Origin: Candidatus Krumholzibacteriota bacterium
Lineage (GTDB): Bacteria > Krumholzibacteriota > Krumholzibacteriia > Krumholzibacteriales > Krumholzibacteriaceae
DNA: 64,000 nt
Reading direction: 5' to 3'
Assembly: GCA_030609325.1 (NCBI GenBank)
Contig: JAUWCL010000001.1
Span: 2,208-66,207, forward strand
This document shows positions 49,957-60,204 of this stretch, one piece after another. A program made the position numbers and the translations under genes. The first letter of the stretch is position 1; each line of letters begins with the position of its first letter. Under the pieces are notes generated by a model. It ran no database searches and was not told where the DNA came from. It saw nothing but the letters and a program-made list of their open reading frames with translations.

Positions 49957-50898
49957 TTACGCCACGGTTTCGCGCTCTATGACCTGCGCCAGCTGGTCGG
50001 CCGTGCCGACCGTCTCGACGCTCCTGGCCCTGTCTATCCTCTTCATCAGGCCGCTGAGTACCTTGCCCGGCCCTACCTCTACGATCTTTCCGCCCCACTC
50101 GGAGGCGAGAAGCCTCATCGAGTCGGACCAGAGCACCGGGCTGGTGAGCTGCCTCGACAGCGCGTTGATTATCTGCTCTCGACGCGTCACGATCTTCGCG
50201 TCGGCGTTGCAGACGACATCTGCCACTGTATCCCTTATTTCAAAGCTCTTAATATAATCAACAAGCTCGTCCTGCGCCGGCGCTACGAGCTGCGAATGGA
50301 AGGCACCGCTCACGTTGAGCCTGACGACATTGCGCACGCCCTTCTCCTCGGCAAGCTTCATCGCCCTCTCAACGGCCTCTATATGTCCCGAGACCACGAT
50401 CTGTCCCGGCGAGTTGATGTTCGCCAGCACGACGACCGTATCGCCCGTGCTTGCCTCGTCACAGACAGCCTGCACGTCCGCAGTCTCCATACCGATGATC
50501 GCCGCCATCGTGCCTGGCTGCCTGAGCCCCGCGTCGAACATCAGCTCTCCGCGCCTGCGCACTATCCGCAGGGCGTTCATGTCATCGAGCGCACCGGCGG
50601 CGGCCAGGGCGGAATATTCGCCGAGGCTGTGGCCTGCCGCTATCGACGGCTCGAGGCCGGCCTCGTCCTTCATGACCCGCGCCACAGCCAGACTGTGAAG
50701 AAGGATCGCCGGCTGGGCGTTCCTCGTCTCCGTCAGCACTTCGGGGTCGCCCTCGAACGAGAGCTTCGAAATGCTGAATCCGAGTATATCGTCTGCCTCT
50801 TCGTAGATCCTCGCCACCGCGGGGAACTGATCGGCCAGATCCTTTCCCATTCCGGTATACTGTGATCCCTGACCCGGGAACAACATCGCTGTCTTCAT
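49957..50898 (-). CDS. fabD: Malonyl-CoA:ACP transacylase
   Basis: GHSLGEYSAL active-site motif, 313 aa. Confidence 0.9.
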   Translation of the reverse strand: MKTAMLFPGQGSQYTGMGKDLADQFPAVARIYEEADDILGFSISKLSFEGDPEVLTETRNAQPAILLHSLAVARVMKDEAGLEPSIAAGHSLGEYSALAAAGALDDMNALRIVRRRGELMFDAGLRQPGTMAAIIGMETADVQAVCDEASTGDTVVVLANINSPGQIVVSGHIEAVERAMKLAEEKGVRNVVRLNVSGAFHSQLVAPAQDELVDYIKSFEIRDTVADVVCNADAKIVTRREQIINALSRQLTSPVLWSDSMRLLASEWGGKIVEVGPGKVLSGLMKRIDRARSVETVGTADQLAQVIERETVA

Positions 50899-50926
50899 CG
50901 CCGTATCTCCTGTGTATTTTCCGTGG

Positions 50927-51925
50927 TCAGTACTTCATCAGGGCGGCGCCCCATGTGAGGCCACCGCCGAAGGCGACCATTATAACGAGGTCGTCCTTCT
51001 TGAGGTTCCCGGCCTCTTTGAGCTCGGAGAGCGCGATCGGTATGCTCGCCGAGGATGTATTGCCTACACGGTCGATATTTACTACGACCTGTTCCTTCTC
51101 AAGTTTCAGGCGTTTCCTGACGCCTTCGATGATCCTGATGTTCGCCTGGTGGGGGATCAGGTAATCGATGTCCGAGGTGCTGAGATCGGCCTCCTTGAGC
51201 GTGCGCTTCGCAGCATCGACCATCGACCTGACGGCGCACTTGAAGAGACCGTCGCCCTTCATCTTGACGTACTGCTGCCCCTCCCGAAGCTTCTCCTCTG
51301 TAAGAGGCATCCTCGATCCACCTCCGGGAAGGTAGAGAAGCTCCCCTAACCCGCCGTCGCTCTGCATGTATGTGCTGAGAATCCCCTCGCCCGTCTCCCC
51401 CTCTTCGAGCACTACCGCGCCGCATCCGTCGCCGAAGAGCACGCAGGTGGCACGGTCCTTGTAATCCGCGATCCGCGTGAGGATCTCGACGCCGGCCAGA
51501 AGGATCTTCTTCGCCTTCCCCGTCGCGATCATCGCTGTCGCCACCGAAAGCCCGTATATGAACCCCGAACAGGCTGCCGAGATATCGAAAGCGGCCGCTT
51601 TCTTCGCGCCGAGCCTGTCCTGTACGATACAGCCCGTCGAAGGAAACTGCATATCGGGAGTGATTGTCGCCACAAGGATCATGTCGAGATCCTTCGGATC
51701 GACTCCGGCATCGCCGAGCGCTGTCTTTGACGCCTCGAACACAAGATCGCTCGAGGCCTGGTTCTGCGCGGCGACCCGCCTCTCCCTGATACCGGAACGC
51801 GTGACGATCCATTCGTCGCTCGTATCGACTATCTTCTCGAGATCGGAATTGGTCAGAACGCGTTCGGGCACGTAATGCCCGATCCCCGTTATCCTCGCGC
51901 CTTTCGGTTCACACGGCTTTATCAC
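50927..51925 (-). CDS. fabH: 3-oxoacyl-ACP synthase III
   Basis: Active-site Cys in AACSGFIY, plus the His/Asn catalytic residues. 332 aa. Confidence 0.9.
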   Translation of the reverse strand: MIKPCEPKGARITGIGHYVPERVLTNSDLEKIVDTSDEWIVTRSGIRERRVAAQNQASSDLVFEASKTALGDAGVDPKDLDMILVATITPDMQFPSTGCIVQDRLGAKKAAAFDISAACSGFIYGLSVATAMIATGKAKKILLAGVEILTRIADYKDRATCVLFGDGCGAVVLEEGETGEGILSTYMQSDGGLGELLYLPGGGSRMPLTEEKLREGQQYVKMKGDGLFKCAVRSMVDAAKRTLKEADLSTSDIDYLIPHQANIRIIEGVRKRLKLEKEQVVVNIDRVGNTSSASIPIALSELKEAGNLKKDDLVIMVAFGGGLTWGAALMKY

Positions 51926-52926
51926 TTTTTACCCTTTATTCTATCCTCAATGTTCTTGTTCACGCCGAGTTCTACGAATCTCTCGGCGGCCAGAACGGCG
52001 TTCTTGATGGCCTTGGCTGAGGATCCGCCGTGGCCTATGATCATTACGCCATCGATGCCGAGAAGCGGCATGCCGCCGTACTCCGCGTAATCGAGCGTTT
52101 TGCCCATCATCCTGAGTACCGGCTTCATTAATCCCGCGCCGATCTTCGCCCTCATGCTTCCCTCGATACCTTCCTTCATCAGGCTGCCGAAATAGTGAAT
52201 GATGCTTTCGGCAAACTTCAGAAGGACATTTCCGGTGAAGCCATCCGTCACGACGACGTCCACCGTGCCCGCAATGACGTCCCTGCCCTCGACGTTTCCG
52301 GCGAAGTTCAGGCCGCTCGCGGCGAGAAGCTTGTGGGCTTCCCTGGTCAGCTCGCTGCCCTTCGAGGATTCCTCGCCGATATTGAGCAGACCGATCTTCG
52401 GATCCTTCCTCCCGAGAAACACCTCTGCATAGGCAGCGCCCATATGGGCGAACTGCTCGAGGTGCCTCGGCACATTGTCCGAATTGGCCCCGCCGTCGAG
52501 CACTATCGTCCCGCCGTTGCGCGATGGATAGAATATGGCGATCGCCGGCCGGTCGATGCCCGGTATCCTGCCGAGCGACAGGAGCGAACTCGCGACTGCA
52601 GCCCCGGTATTCCCGGCGCTTACCACCGCATCCGCCGCTCCTTCCCTGTGCAGCCTCGTAGCGACGGCAATCGAGGATTCGCGTTTGCGCCTTATCGCCG
52701 TAGCGGGACTCTCCGACATGCCAATAACATCGGGGGCATGGACGATCTCGATATTTCCGGTGGAAAGACCGCTTTCGGACATATACCTTTCGAGCTCATC
52801 CTGCCGCCCGACGAGTATCAGCTCGAAGCGTCCAGCGGCTTCCGCCGCCGCCTCTACAGCTCCATCTACGATTGCCACGGGCGCCTTGTCGCCGCCCATG
52901 GCATCCAATGCAATCTTCATCGCCAT
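51922..52926 (-). CDS. plsX: Phosphate acyltransferase PlsX
   Basis: 334 aa, PlsX-like throughout (IALDAMGGD...). Confidence 0.9.
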   Translation of the reverse strand: MAMKIALDAMGGDKAPVAIVDGAVEAAAEAAGRFELILVGRQDELERYMSESGLSTGNIEIVHAPDVIGMSESPATAIRRKRESSIAVATRLHREGAADAVVSAGNTGAAVASSLLSLGRIPGIDRPAIAIFYPSRNGGTIVLDGGANSDNVPRHLEQFAHMGAAYAEVFLGRKDPKIGLLNIGEESSKGSELTREAHKLLAASGLNFAGNVEGRDVIAGTVDVVVTDGFTGNVLLKFAESIIHYFGSLMKEGIEGSMRAKIGAGLMKPVLRMMGKTLDYAEYGGMPLLGIDGVMIIGHGGSSAKAIKNAVLAAERFVELGVNKNIEDRIKGKK

Positions 52927-52987
52927 ACCCGCTCCGGACGATCAGTCCGGTCACCGCCTCGAAAAAAAGAGAGCGGCCGTGTGAGCC

Positions 52988-53176
52988 CTAACTCTCTTCT
53001 TCTTCGGGCTTGATAACCTCACGGCCCCCGTAATAGCCGCAGTTGGGGCATACCATGTGAGGCTGTTTGGGCTGATGGCAGTGTGAACACTTGGTCGCAG
53101 CCGGGGGCTGGGCTTTCCAGTGCGCCCGCCGCATGTTCTTCTTCGATTTCGATGTCCTTCTTTTCGGGACTGCCAT
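52988..53176 (-). CDS. rpmF: 50S ribosomal protein L32
   Basis: MAVPKRRTSKSKKNMRRAH plus a CxxC...CxxC zinc ribbon. Confidence 0.85.
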   Translation of the reverse strand: MAVPKRRTSKSKKNMRRAHWKAQPPAATKCSHCHQPKQPHMVCPNCGYYGGREVIKPEEEES

Positions 53177-53204
53177 ATCTACTCCTCCCGGTTCCCGGGA
53201 ATAT

Positions 53205-53738
53205 TCACTTCTCGTCTTCCTCTTTCAACAGTTTTTTGAGGGGGCCCCACCTCGGGTCTCCGGTCTCCTCACCACACCCACACACACCCTCGTTCAGATC
53301 CGCACCGCACCCCGGGCATATACCCGCACAACTCTCCGCACATAAACACTTTATAGGCATTTCGAGGAGTATCGCCTCGCGGACCATGGGGAATATATCG
53401 AAATCGTACTCCTGCGCCTCGCTCAGAAGTATGAAATCTTCTTCCTCGATCCTATCGGGTATCCCTCTACCCCGCTGCAGCACAAGGCTGAACTCCGTAT
53501 ATATTTTGAAATCAAAGGCTTTCAGACATCTGCTGCATTCGCCCCTGACGACCGCCTCTATCTCCCCCTCGAGCAGGTACCTGCTGCCTGTGCGGGTCGA
53601 TCCGGCCGTTACTGAGGCCCTGCATGGGATATCCTCCCCTTCGGGGCCGCGGACCGGAAACTCCTCTTTGAATGAAAATGTCTCTCTGTTGCCGCTGTGG
53701 CCGAGATCCAGTTCCATTCTTGGAAAATCCTTTTCCAT
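53205..53738 (-). CDS. yceD: YceD/DUF177 family protein (large-subunit rRNA accumulation protein)
   Basis: Located upstream of rpmF as in many bacteria. Carries a C-terminal Cys cluster CxxC...C.C. Confidence 0.7.
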   Translation of the reverse strand: MEKDFPRMELDLGHSGNRETFSFKEEFPVRGPEGEDIPCRASVTAGSTRTGSRYLLEGEIEAVVRGECSRCLKAFDFKIYTEFSLVLQRGRGIPDRIEEEDFILLSEAQEYDFDIFPMVREAILLEMPIKCLCAESCAGICPGCGADLNEGVCGCGEETGDPRWGPLKKLLKEEDEK

Positions 53739-53750
53739 GAAGCATTTATA

Positions 53751-54158
53751 CTAATCTTCAGTGAAAACAATGGCAAGTTCTTTTTCAACCGACTCGGGCG
53801 AATCGGAGGCATGAACGGCGTTCGCCTGGAGCGATCTACCATACATGTACCTTATCGTCCCGGGGCGGGCGTCGGCGGGATCGGTGGCCCCGACCAGTTC
53901 GCGAAGCAGGGTCACGACATCCCCGTCCTTCTCCAGCTCCATGCCGATCACGTCACCGGAGGTGATATACTCCATCAGGTCGGCGAAAAAAGGCTTATCT
54001 CTGTGAATACCATAGAATTCGCCGGCTTTTTCACTGTCGAACCTGAACATCTTCATCTTTCTCACCGCAAACCGGTTCTTCAGAAGAATATCTATTATCT
54101 GGCCCTGCAGGCCGGCCTTGACCGCCTCGGGCTTTATCATCAGAAATGTACTCGGCAC
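53751..54158 (-). CDS. ndk: Nucleoside diphosphate kinase
   Basis: TFLMIKPEAV, with the active-site His in NAVHASDS. Confidence 0.9.
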   Translation of the reverse strand: MPSTFLMIKPEAVKAGLQGQIIDILLKNRFAVRKMKMFRFDSEKAGEFYGIHRDKPFFADLMEYITSGDVIGMELEKDGDVVTLLRELVGATDPADARPGTIRYMYGRSLQANAVHASDSPESVEKELAIVFTED

Positions 54159-54166
54159 TTTTCCTC

Positions 54167-55039
54167 CTAGGCCATCAGTCTCTTCATTATATCGGCTATC
54201 TGCGCCGGCGTGTCTGCCACCTCGACTCCGACCTTCGCGAAGGCCGCTGCCTTCTCGGCCGCCGTGCCCGTTCCGCCGGATACGATGGCGCCGGCATGAC
54301 CCATCCTCTTTCCCGGAGGGGCTGTGCGTCCGGCGAGGAAAGCCGCAACCTTCTTCGGATAGCCGTTCTTTATCAGCTCTGCGGCAAGCTCTTCGTCGTT
54401 TCCCCCGATCTCCCCAATGAGGACCACCGCGTCGGTCTCGTCGTCTTCGGCAAAAAACTTCATGGTATCGAGCAGGTTGGTACCCACTATCGGATCGCCG
54501 CCGATACCGATACAGGTCGACTGCCCGAAACCGCTGCGCGTGAGATGGTATACGATCTCGTAGGTGAGCGTTCCGCTTCTCGAAACAACGCCTACGCTGC
54601 CCTCCGAATGGATGTTGCCCGGCATGATACCGACCTTCGACCGCCCGGGAGAGATGATCCCGGGGCTGTTCGGTCCGATCAGCCTGGTCCCGCGTTCGGT
54701 GATGAACGGAAGGACCTTGACCATGTCCCTTACCGGAAGTCCCTCTGAGATGCAGACTACCAGCTTTACGCCAGCGTCCGAGGCCTCGCAGATCGCGTCG
54801 GCGGCGAAGGCCGCCGGGACGTATATCACGCTCGTGTTCGCACCCGTCTCGGTCACCGCCTCGGCCATCGAGTCGAATACGGGGATTCCGTCTCCGGTCT
54901 TCTGCCCTCCCTTGCCGGGGGTGACGCCCCCGACCACCTTCGTCCCGTAGGCGACCATCTGGCTGGCGTGGAAACCTCCATCCCTGCCGGTGATCCCCTG
55001 AACGATCAACTTCGTTTCCCTGTCTACAAGAATACTCAA
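54167..55039 (-). CDS. sucD: Succinate--CoA ligase subunit alpha
   Basis: CoA-binding GITGRDG, plus the phospho-His region. 290 aa. Confidence 0.9.
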   Translation of the reverse strand: MSILVDRETKLIVQGITGRDGGFHASQMVAYGTKVVGGVTPGKGGQKTGDGIPVFDSMAEAVTETGANTSVIYVPAAFAADAICEASDAGVKLVVCISEGLPVRDMVKVLPFITERGTRLIGPNSPGIISPGRSKVGIMPGNIHSEGSVGVVSRSGTLTYEIVYHLTRSGFGQSTCIGIGGDPIVGTNLLDTMKFFAEDDETDAVVLIGEIGGNDEELAAELIKNGYPKKVAAFLAGRTAPPGKRMGHAGAIVSGGTGTAAEKAAAFAKVGVEVADTPAQIADIMKRLMA

Positions 55040-55058
55040 GTCCAGATTCCTTTCGATT

Positions 55059-56189
55059 CTAACCGGCCGCTTCTATCGCCTTCTTTACAGCGTCCTCCAT
55101 GTCGTCGGCGCCGATTATCCCGGTGCTCGCGAGGATCTCCCTGGCCTTCTCTTCGTTCGTTCCGGTCAGCCTGACGACGAGCGGGATATCGAGTCCGAGT
55201 TTCTCCTTTGCTTCGATCAGACCGTTCGCGACGTCATCGCAGCGCGTGATCCCGCCGAAGATGTTTATCAGGATCGACCTGACGTTCTCGTCCCGCAGGA
55301 TGATCCTCATCGCCGAGAGGACCTTCTCCGGGCTGGAGCTTCCGCCTATATCGAGGAAGTTCGCCGGCTCTCCGCCGAAATGCTTTACCATGTCCATCGT
55401 GGCCATCGCCAGCCCGGCGCCGTTGACTATGCAGCCTATCTTCCCGTCGAGCTTGACAAACGACAGGTCGGCCTCCCTCGCATCTGCCTCACCCCGGTCT
55501 TCGGCCGAATCGTCCCTCATCGCGGCGATGTCGGAATGCCTGAACAGCGCGTTGTCGTCAAGATTTATCTTCGCGTCGATCGCCCAGACAACTCCATCAG
55601 GGCTTTCGACTAATGGATTGATCTCGGCCAGTGAGGCGTCAGAGCCCATGAAGGCCTCATACAATCCCTTCAGCGCCTTCCCGATCTGCTTCGCTACTTC
55701 CCCGTCCTTACTGAGAAACGACGCCATCCTGCGCACCTGGAACGGCATCAGTCCGCCGTCGGGATTGACAGGCATCTTGAGTATCTTTTCCGGGGTCGTT
55801 CTCGCGACTTCCTCGATATCGACCCCGCCGGCCGGAGAGACCATCATCATCGGCCTCCTCGTGCCTCGATCGAATATCATACCCACGTAGAACTCCCGCT
55901 CTATGTCGACAGCCTTGGCCACGAGCACCTTCTCGACGATAAGCCCCTTGATATCGATTCCGAGAATCGCCTCGGCCTTCTCGACCGCCTCTTCGCTGGT
56001 GGAGGCCAGCTTGACGCCTCCGGCCTTTCCCCTCCCTCCGACGAGGACCTGGGCCTTGACCACGACGGGGCAACCGAGCTCTTCGGCCGCCGCACGTGCG
56101 TCATCCGCCTTCGTGATCATGCGGCTCGGCGGAATAGGGAGCCCGTATCGGCTGAATATCCCCCTCGCGTCCGCTTCGTGTATCTTCAA
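55059..56189 (-). CDS. sucC: Succinate--CoA ligase subunit beta
   Basis: ATP-grasp N-domain ([12 protein letters not shown]...), plus the ligase-CoA C-domain. Confidence 0.9.
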   Translation of the reverse strand: MKIHEADARGIFSRYGLPIPPSRMITKADDARAAAEELGCPVVVKAQVLVGGRGKAGGVKLASTSEEAVEKAEAILGIDIKGLIVEKVLVAKAVDIEREFYVGMIFDRGTRRPMMMVSPAGGVDIEEVARTTPEKILKMPVNPDGGLMPFQVRRMASFLSKDGEVAKQIGKALKGLYEAFMGSDASLAEINPLVESPDGVVWAIDAKINLDDNALFRHSDIAAMRDDSAEDRGEADAREADLSFVKLDGKIGCIVNGAGLAMATMDMVKHFGGEPANFLDIGGSSSPEKVLSAMRIILRDENVRSILINIFGGITRCDDVANGLIEAKEKLGLDIPLVVRLTGTNEEKAREILASTGIIGADDMEDAVKKAIEAAG

Positions 56190-56225
56190 TACAAACCTCC
56201 GCCTATTATTGCCACTGTCGAGGGA

Positions 56226-57581
56226 CTACTTCAGATAATCAGCCAGCGCGTCCTTCAGGTCGGGCTTGCCGATCTCGGCCAGGTCGTAAGTGACCCTTAC
56301 CGAAGGCTGCGGGATATCGATGATCCGTCCGAGATCGATCGGCGTGCCGATGACCACGGCGTCGCACTCGACCTTGGCCACGGTGGCCTCGAGGTCGCGG
56401 ATCTGCTCATCCCCGTATCCCATCGCCGGCAGGAGATCTCCGACGTCGGGATACCTGTCGAACGTTCTCGCGATCTTGCCGGTCGCCCACGGGCGCGGGT
56501 CGACGAGTTCGGCCGCTCCGAACTTCAACGCGGCCATGACGCCGGCGCCGTACTTCATCCCGCCGTGCGTGAGCGTAGGACCATCCTCGATGCAGAGGAC
56601 CTTCCTGCCCCTGATGATCGAAGGATCGGAAACGGTCAGCGGCGATGCTGCGTCGATGACCATCGCGCCTGGATTGAACTCGGCGATGTTTTCCCTGACT
56701 TCTTCAATCCCGCAGAGATCGGCCGTGTCTATCTTGTTGATGACGATCACGTCGGCCATGAGCAGGTTGGTAAACCCGGGATAGTACTCGAGCTCGTGCC
56801 CGGCCCTGTGAGGATCGACGACTGTGATCGCCAGGTCGGGCTTGTAGAACGGCAGGTCGTTGTTGCCGCCGTCCCAGAGGATGATGTCGGCTTCCTTCTC
56901 CGCCTCGCGCAGGATCGCTTCGTAGTCGACTCCGGCATATATGATCACGCCGCTGACGATGTGAGGCTCGTATTCCTCCATCTCCTCGATCGTGCACTCG
57001 TGCTTCTTCAAATCGTCGACCGAGGCAAATCTCTGGACTGCCTGCTTAGCGAGATCACCGTAAGGCATCGGGTGACGGATCGCAACGACCTTCTTGCCAG
57101 CATCGTTGAGGAGCTTCGCGACGCGACGCGTCGTCTGGCTCTTGCCGCATCCCGTCCTCGTGGCGCAAATCGAGATGACCGGCCTGGTCGACTTGACCAT
57201 CGTCGGCTCGGCCCCGACCATCGTGAAATGGGCCCCGAGCGCGTTGACCATCTGCGCCTTCTGCATTACATACAGGTTCGGGACGTCGCTGTACGAGAAG
57301 ACTACCTCTTCGATATTTTCCTTCTTGATCAGGTCGACGAAATCCTCTTCCGGATGTATGGGAATGCCGTCGGGATAGAGGCTGCCCGCCAGGACTGACG
57401 GATATTTCCGGTCGGCGATGTCGGGGATCTGGGTCGCGGTGAACGCGACGATCTCCACCGAATCGTTATCGCGGTATAATGTATTGAAGTTGTGGAAATC
57501 CCTTCCGGCTGCGCCCATGATGAGGATTCTTCTCTTGCTCATTACTTCTTCGACCTCCGCTTCCTTGTCGTTTGAAGTCAC
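56226..57581 (-). CDS. P-loop protein of the cyclic 2,3-diphosphoglycerate synthetase-like family (assignment tentative)
   Basis: 451 aa with an N-terminal ILIMGAAGRDFHNFN motif and an internal Walker A TGCGKSQT. The resemblance to archaeal cPGS / MobB-like proteins is from memory. Confidence 0.4.
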   Translation of the reverse strand: MTSNDKEAEVEEVMSKRRILIMGAAGRDFHNFNTLYRDNDSVEIVAFTATQIPDIADRKYPSVLAGSLYPDGIPIHPEEDFVDLIKKENIEEVVFSYSDVPNLYVMQKAQMVNALGAHFTMVGAEPTMVKSTRPVISICATRTGCGKSQTTRRVAKLLNDAGKKVVAIRHPMPYGDLAKQAVQRFASVDDLKKHECTIEEMEEYEPHIVSGVIIYAGVDYEAILREAEKEADIILWDGGNNDLPFYKPDLAITVVDPHRAGHELEYYPGFTNLLMADVIVINKIDTADLCGIEEVRENIAEFNPGAMVIDAASPLTVSDPSIIRGRKVLCIEDGPTLTHGGMKYGAGVMAALKFGAAELVDPRPWATGKIARTFDRYPDVGDLLPAMGYGDEQIRDLEATVAKVECDAVVIGTPIDLGRIIDIPQPSVRVTYDLAEIGKPDLKDALADYLK

Positions 57582-57598
57582 GTTCTGTTTTAAATGCT

Positions 57599-58083
57599 TT
57601 ATCGATCCTTCGGCGGCATCCTCGCGATGATGCCGCTTGACGAATATCCTCCTACCATCTCGATCCTCTCCACCCTGCCACCCCTCGAGAGCACGAAGTT
57701 CTCTCCGACTATCTCACCGCTTCCGTACTCGGCTCCCTTGACGAGTACGTCGGGCTCGAGGGCCTCGATCGTCTCGATCGGCGTGTCTTCCTCGAAAACG
57801 GTGACGTAGTCGACGCTCCTCAGACCGAGAAGGACGAATGCCCTGTCGTCCTGTCCGCTCACCGGCCTCCCCTCACCCTTCAGGCGCACAACGGAGTCGT
57901 CGCTGTTGATTCCTACGACGAGGCAGTCGCCGAGAGCCCTCGCGGCCTCGAGCAGCGTGACATGGCCCCTGTGGAGTAGATCGAAGCATCCATTAGTGAA
58001 AACGATCGTGCGGCCGGCGTTTTCCCTGCGGAAATCTCCCAGCTCTTCTCTCGCGATCGTCCTTCCTGCAGAGTATTTCATCA
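57599..58083 (-). CDS. hldC: D-glycero-beta-D-manno-heptose 1-phosphate adenylyltransferase (HldE domain II-like)
   Basis: Cytidylyltransferase-fold motif [12 protein letters not shown]. Its ATG lies 2 nt after the TGA of the upstream kinase gene (cTGAtATGATG). Confidence 0.75.
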
Positions 58084-58085
58084 TA

Positions 58086-59060
58086 TCAGGCCGGGAACGC
58101 CCCGGCAAGTTCTTCGGGAGTGACGGCGGCGGTCCCGATCTCCCTTACCACGATGCCGGCCGCCGCGTTTGCCAGCTCGATCGAATCGTACAGCGAGGCT
58201 CCCGCGGCGAGACCGGCGGACAACACGCTTATGACGGTATCGCCGGCGCCGGTGACGTCGTAGACCTCGCTCGCTCTCGTCGGAAAATGTCTCGGGGACC
58301 TGTCCCTCTCGAAGAGGGTCATACCCTCCTCCCCTCGTGTTATAAGAACGGCCTTCGCCTCGAGATCGGAGAGGAGCGAACCGCCCACCTTCTCGAGCTG
58401 ACTGTCGCCGGATATCCTGACGTTGTAGAAACCGCCCGCTTCCTTGAGGTTGGGCGTTACGGCCCAGGCTCCGCGGTAGAGCGAGAAATGTCCCTCCTTT
58501 GGATCTATGATGACCGGAATGCGGTCACCGCAGATCCCGCGGAGAGCGTCCATTACCGCCATCGAGACGACACCCTTTCCGTAATCGGAGACAATCACCG
58601 CCCCGGCGCCGGCGACGGCCTTCCTGACGGCGGACCTGAGCCTGCCGAGCGTCCTGCCCGACACTTCGGCACCGGTCTCGAAATCGGCCCTCACGACCTG
58701 CTGGCTGTGAGCCAGTATCCTGATCTTCTCCGTTGTGACGCGGCTGCCGTCGGCCACGAGGAATCCGGTCCGGATCTTCATCGCTCGAAGGAGCTTCCTT
58801 GTCTCCGCTCCCTGCGGGTCCCTGCCGAGCACAGAGGCGAGCCTCGCGTCGCATCCGAGCGAGACGAGGTTCCACGCCACATTGGCAGCGCCCCCGGGCC
58901 TCGAACCGGTCTTCTCGACGTTTACCACCGGGACCGGCGCCTCGGGGCTTATCCGATCGACCCTGCCCCAGAAGTATCTGTCGAGCATCAGGTCGCCCAC
59001 TACCGCTACCGAGGATTTTCCGATGGCCCGGCATATCTCCCGTGCCCTGCGCCTCTTCAT
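58086..59060 (-). CDS. hldA: D-glycero-beta-D-manno-heptose-7-phosphate kinase (HldE domain I-like, PfkB family)
   Basis: PfkB ribokinase-like motifs GGAANVA, DVTGAGD. The true start is probably MKRRRAREI. Confidence 0.75.
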   Translation of the reverse strand: MKRRRAREICRAIGKSSVAVVGDLMLDRYFWGRVDRISPEAPVPVVNVEKTGSRPGGAANVAWNLVSLGCDARLASVLGRDPQGAETRKLLRAMKIRTGFLVADGSRVTTEKIRILAHSQQVVRADFETGAEVSGRTLGRLRSAVRKAVAGAGAVIVSDYGKGVVSMAVMDALRGICGDRIPVIIDPKEGHFSLYRGAWAVTPNLKEAGGFYNVRISGDSQLEKVGGSLLSDLEAKAVLITRGEEGMTLFERDRSPRHFPTRASEVYDVTGAGDTVISVLSAGLAAGASLYDSIELANAAAGIVVREIGTAAVTPEELAGAFPA

Positions 59061-59269
59061 CTTCAGCTCCTGGGCTGGATTACGGCGGCAGAGCCGCCTG
59101 TCGAAGCCGCGGCGCGCCGTCGGTGGGGAATATACCTGTTCCCGGTCCGGGCAATCAAGGTTTAATCCCCCTTTCCGACTGCTTGTGAGAGGAAGACGAA
59201 AACTGATGAGGAGAGAAAACACAAGCTGAAGCTCGAGACGATCTGCGACGACACGTTCATGAAGAAAGA

Positions 59270-59581
59270 CTAGGTCCCGTCCTCGAAAAGCTCTCCCTCG
59301 ACCTGCCTGAACTGCTCCCAGATCCTGCGGAACCTGCCCCGGTACAGAGCATCGAAAAGCTCCTCCCTGCCGGGGAACTCCTCCAGCACCCTCGATCGGA
59401 AAGACCGAATCGCGATCTCTATATCAATGCGCGGCATGCCTGCATCTAGGATCATCGAAACGATCCTGTCCGCTTCCGTCCTTATACCTCGTGCGCGCCT
59501 CCGGTCGATCTCGATTCCGGCCGACTCGAACAGTTCCCGTTCAAGTGCTTCCCAGTCGATGTCTCCGTTCTTTCCGCTCAT
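59270..59581 (-). CDS. Hypothetical protein (103 aa)
   Basis: ORF only. Family not recognised. Divergent from the DUF3467 gene. Confidence 0.35.
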   Translation of the reverse strand: MSGKNGDIDWEALERELFESAGIEIDRRRARGIRTEADRIVSMILDAGMPRIDIEIAIRSFRSRVLEEFPGREELFDALYRGRFRRIWEQFRQVEGELFEDGT

Positions 59582-59806
59582 GGCGCCTCAGCGAGTCTTA
59601 TCTTCATCCAGGCCTCGATCAGTATTATGGTCCCTCAACGCATGAAGACTTCCTTCTTATGTAATGCAGGTACAGACGGGGTTCACGATAATATGTCGGG
59701 GATGAATCCGCAACGGTTACACAAATCCTCAGTCGATCGCGAGGATATCAGGCCGCTGCGCCACTGGGCATTATCCGCCGGATGATTCGAGCATCACGAA
59801 GCTCCC

Positions 59807-59838
59807 GCTTGCCGTGAGGGCGGTCGAGGCTGTATAAT
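59807..59838 (+). promoter_or_regulatory. Extended -10 promoter (TGTATAAT) for the DUF3467 gene
   Basis: TGTATAAT at 59831-59838, with a weak -35 (CTTGCC, 59807-59812). The ORF-track ATG at 59837 lies inside the -10 box, so the real start is ATG 59873, preceded by AAAGGA. Confidence 0.45.
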
Positions 59839-59872
59839 GCTCAGACGTAACCGCATAAATGAAAGGAATACG

Positions 59873-60199
59873 ATGCAGAAGCAGCCCCAGCCCCAGCAGC
59901 AGATCCAGGTAGAGCTCGACGAGAGCGCGGCGGAAGGAATCTATTCGAACTTCGTCCTGACCGGAAACACGGCAGCCGAGTTCATACTCGATTTCGCGAG
60001 GATGCTTCCCGGCCTGAAGAAGGCGAAGGTCTTCTCGAGGATCATAATGACGCCTCAGTCGGCCAAATCGCTTCAGGCCGTGCTTTCGAGAACGATTGAG
60101 CAGTACGAGAACAGCTTCGGCGAGATCAAGGTCCATGGCGGCAAGGACGCTTCACAGATAGGTTTTCAGGCCAAGTCTGCCGACGACGAGACCAAGTAA
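59873..60199 (+). CDS. DUF3467 domain protein
   Basis: MQKQPQ...ELDESAAEGIYSNFVLTGNTAAEFILDFARMLPGLKKAKVFSRIIMTPQSAKSL matches the DUF3467 consensus as remembered. Confidence 0.6.
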   Translation: MQKQPQPQQQIQVELDESAAEGIYSNFVLTGNTAAEFILDFARMLPGLKKAKVFSRIIMTPQSAKSLQAVLSRTIEQYENSFGEIKVHGGKDASQIGFQAKSADDETK

Positions 60200-60204
60200 C
60201 GGGA

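Noticed and set aside
59837-59872. ORF-track start ATG at 59837 for the DUF3467 gene
   Set aside because: This ATG is part of the TGTATAATG extended -10 element. The conserved protein begins at ATG 59873, which has an AAAGGA RBS.
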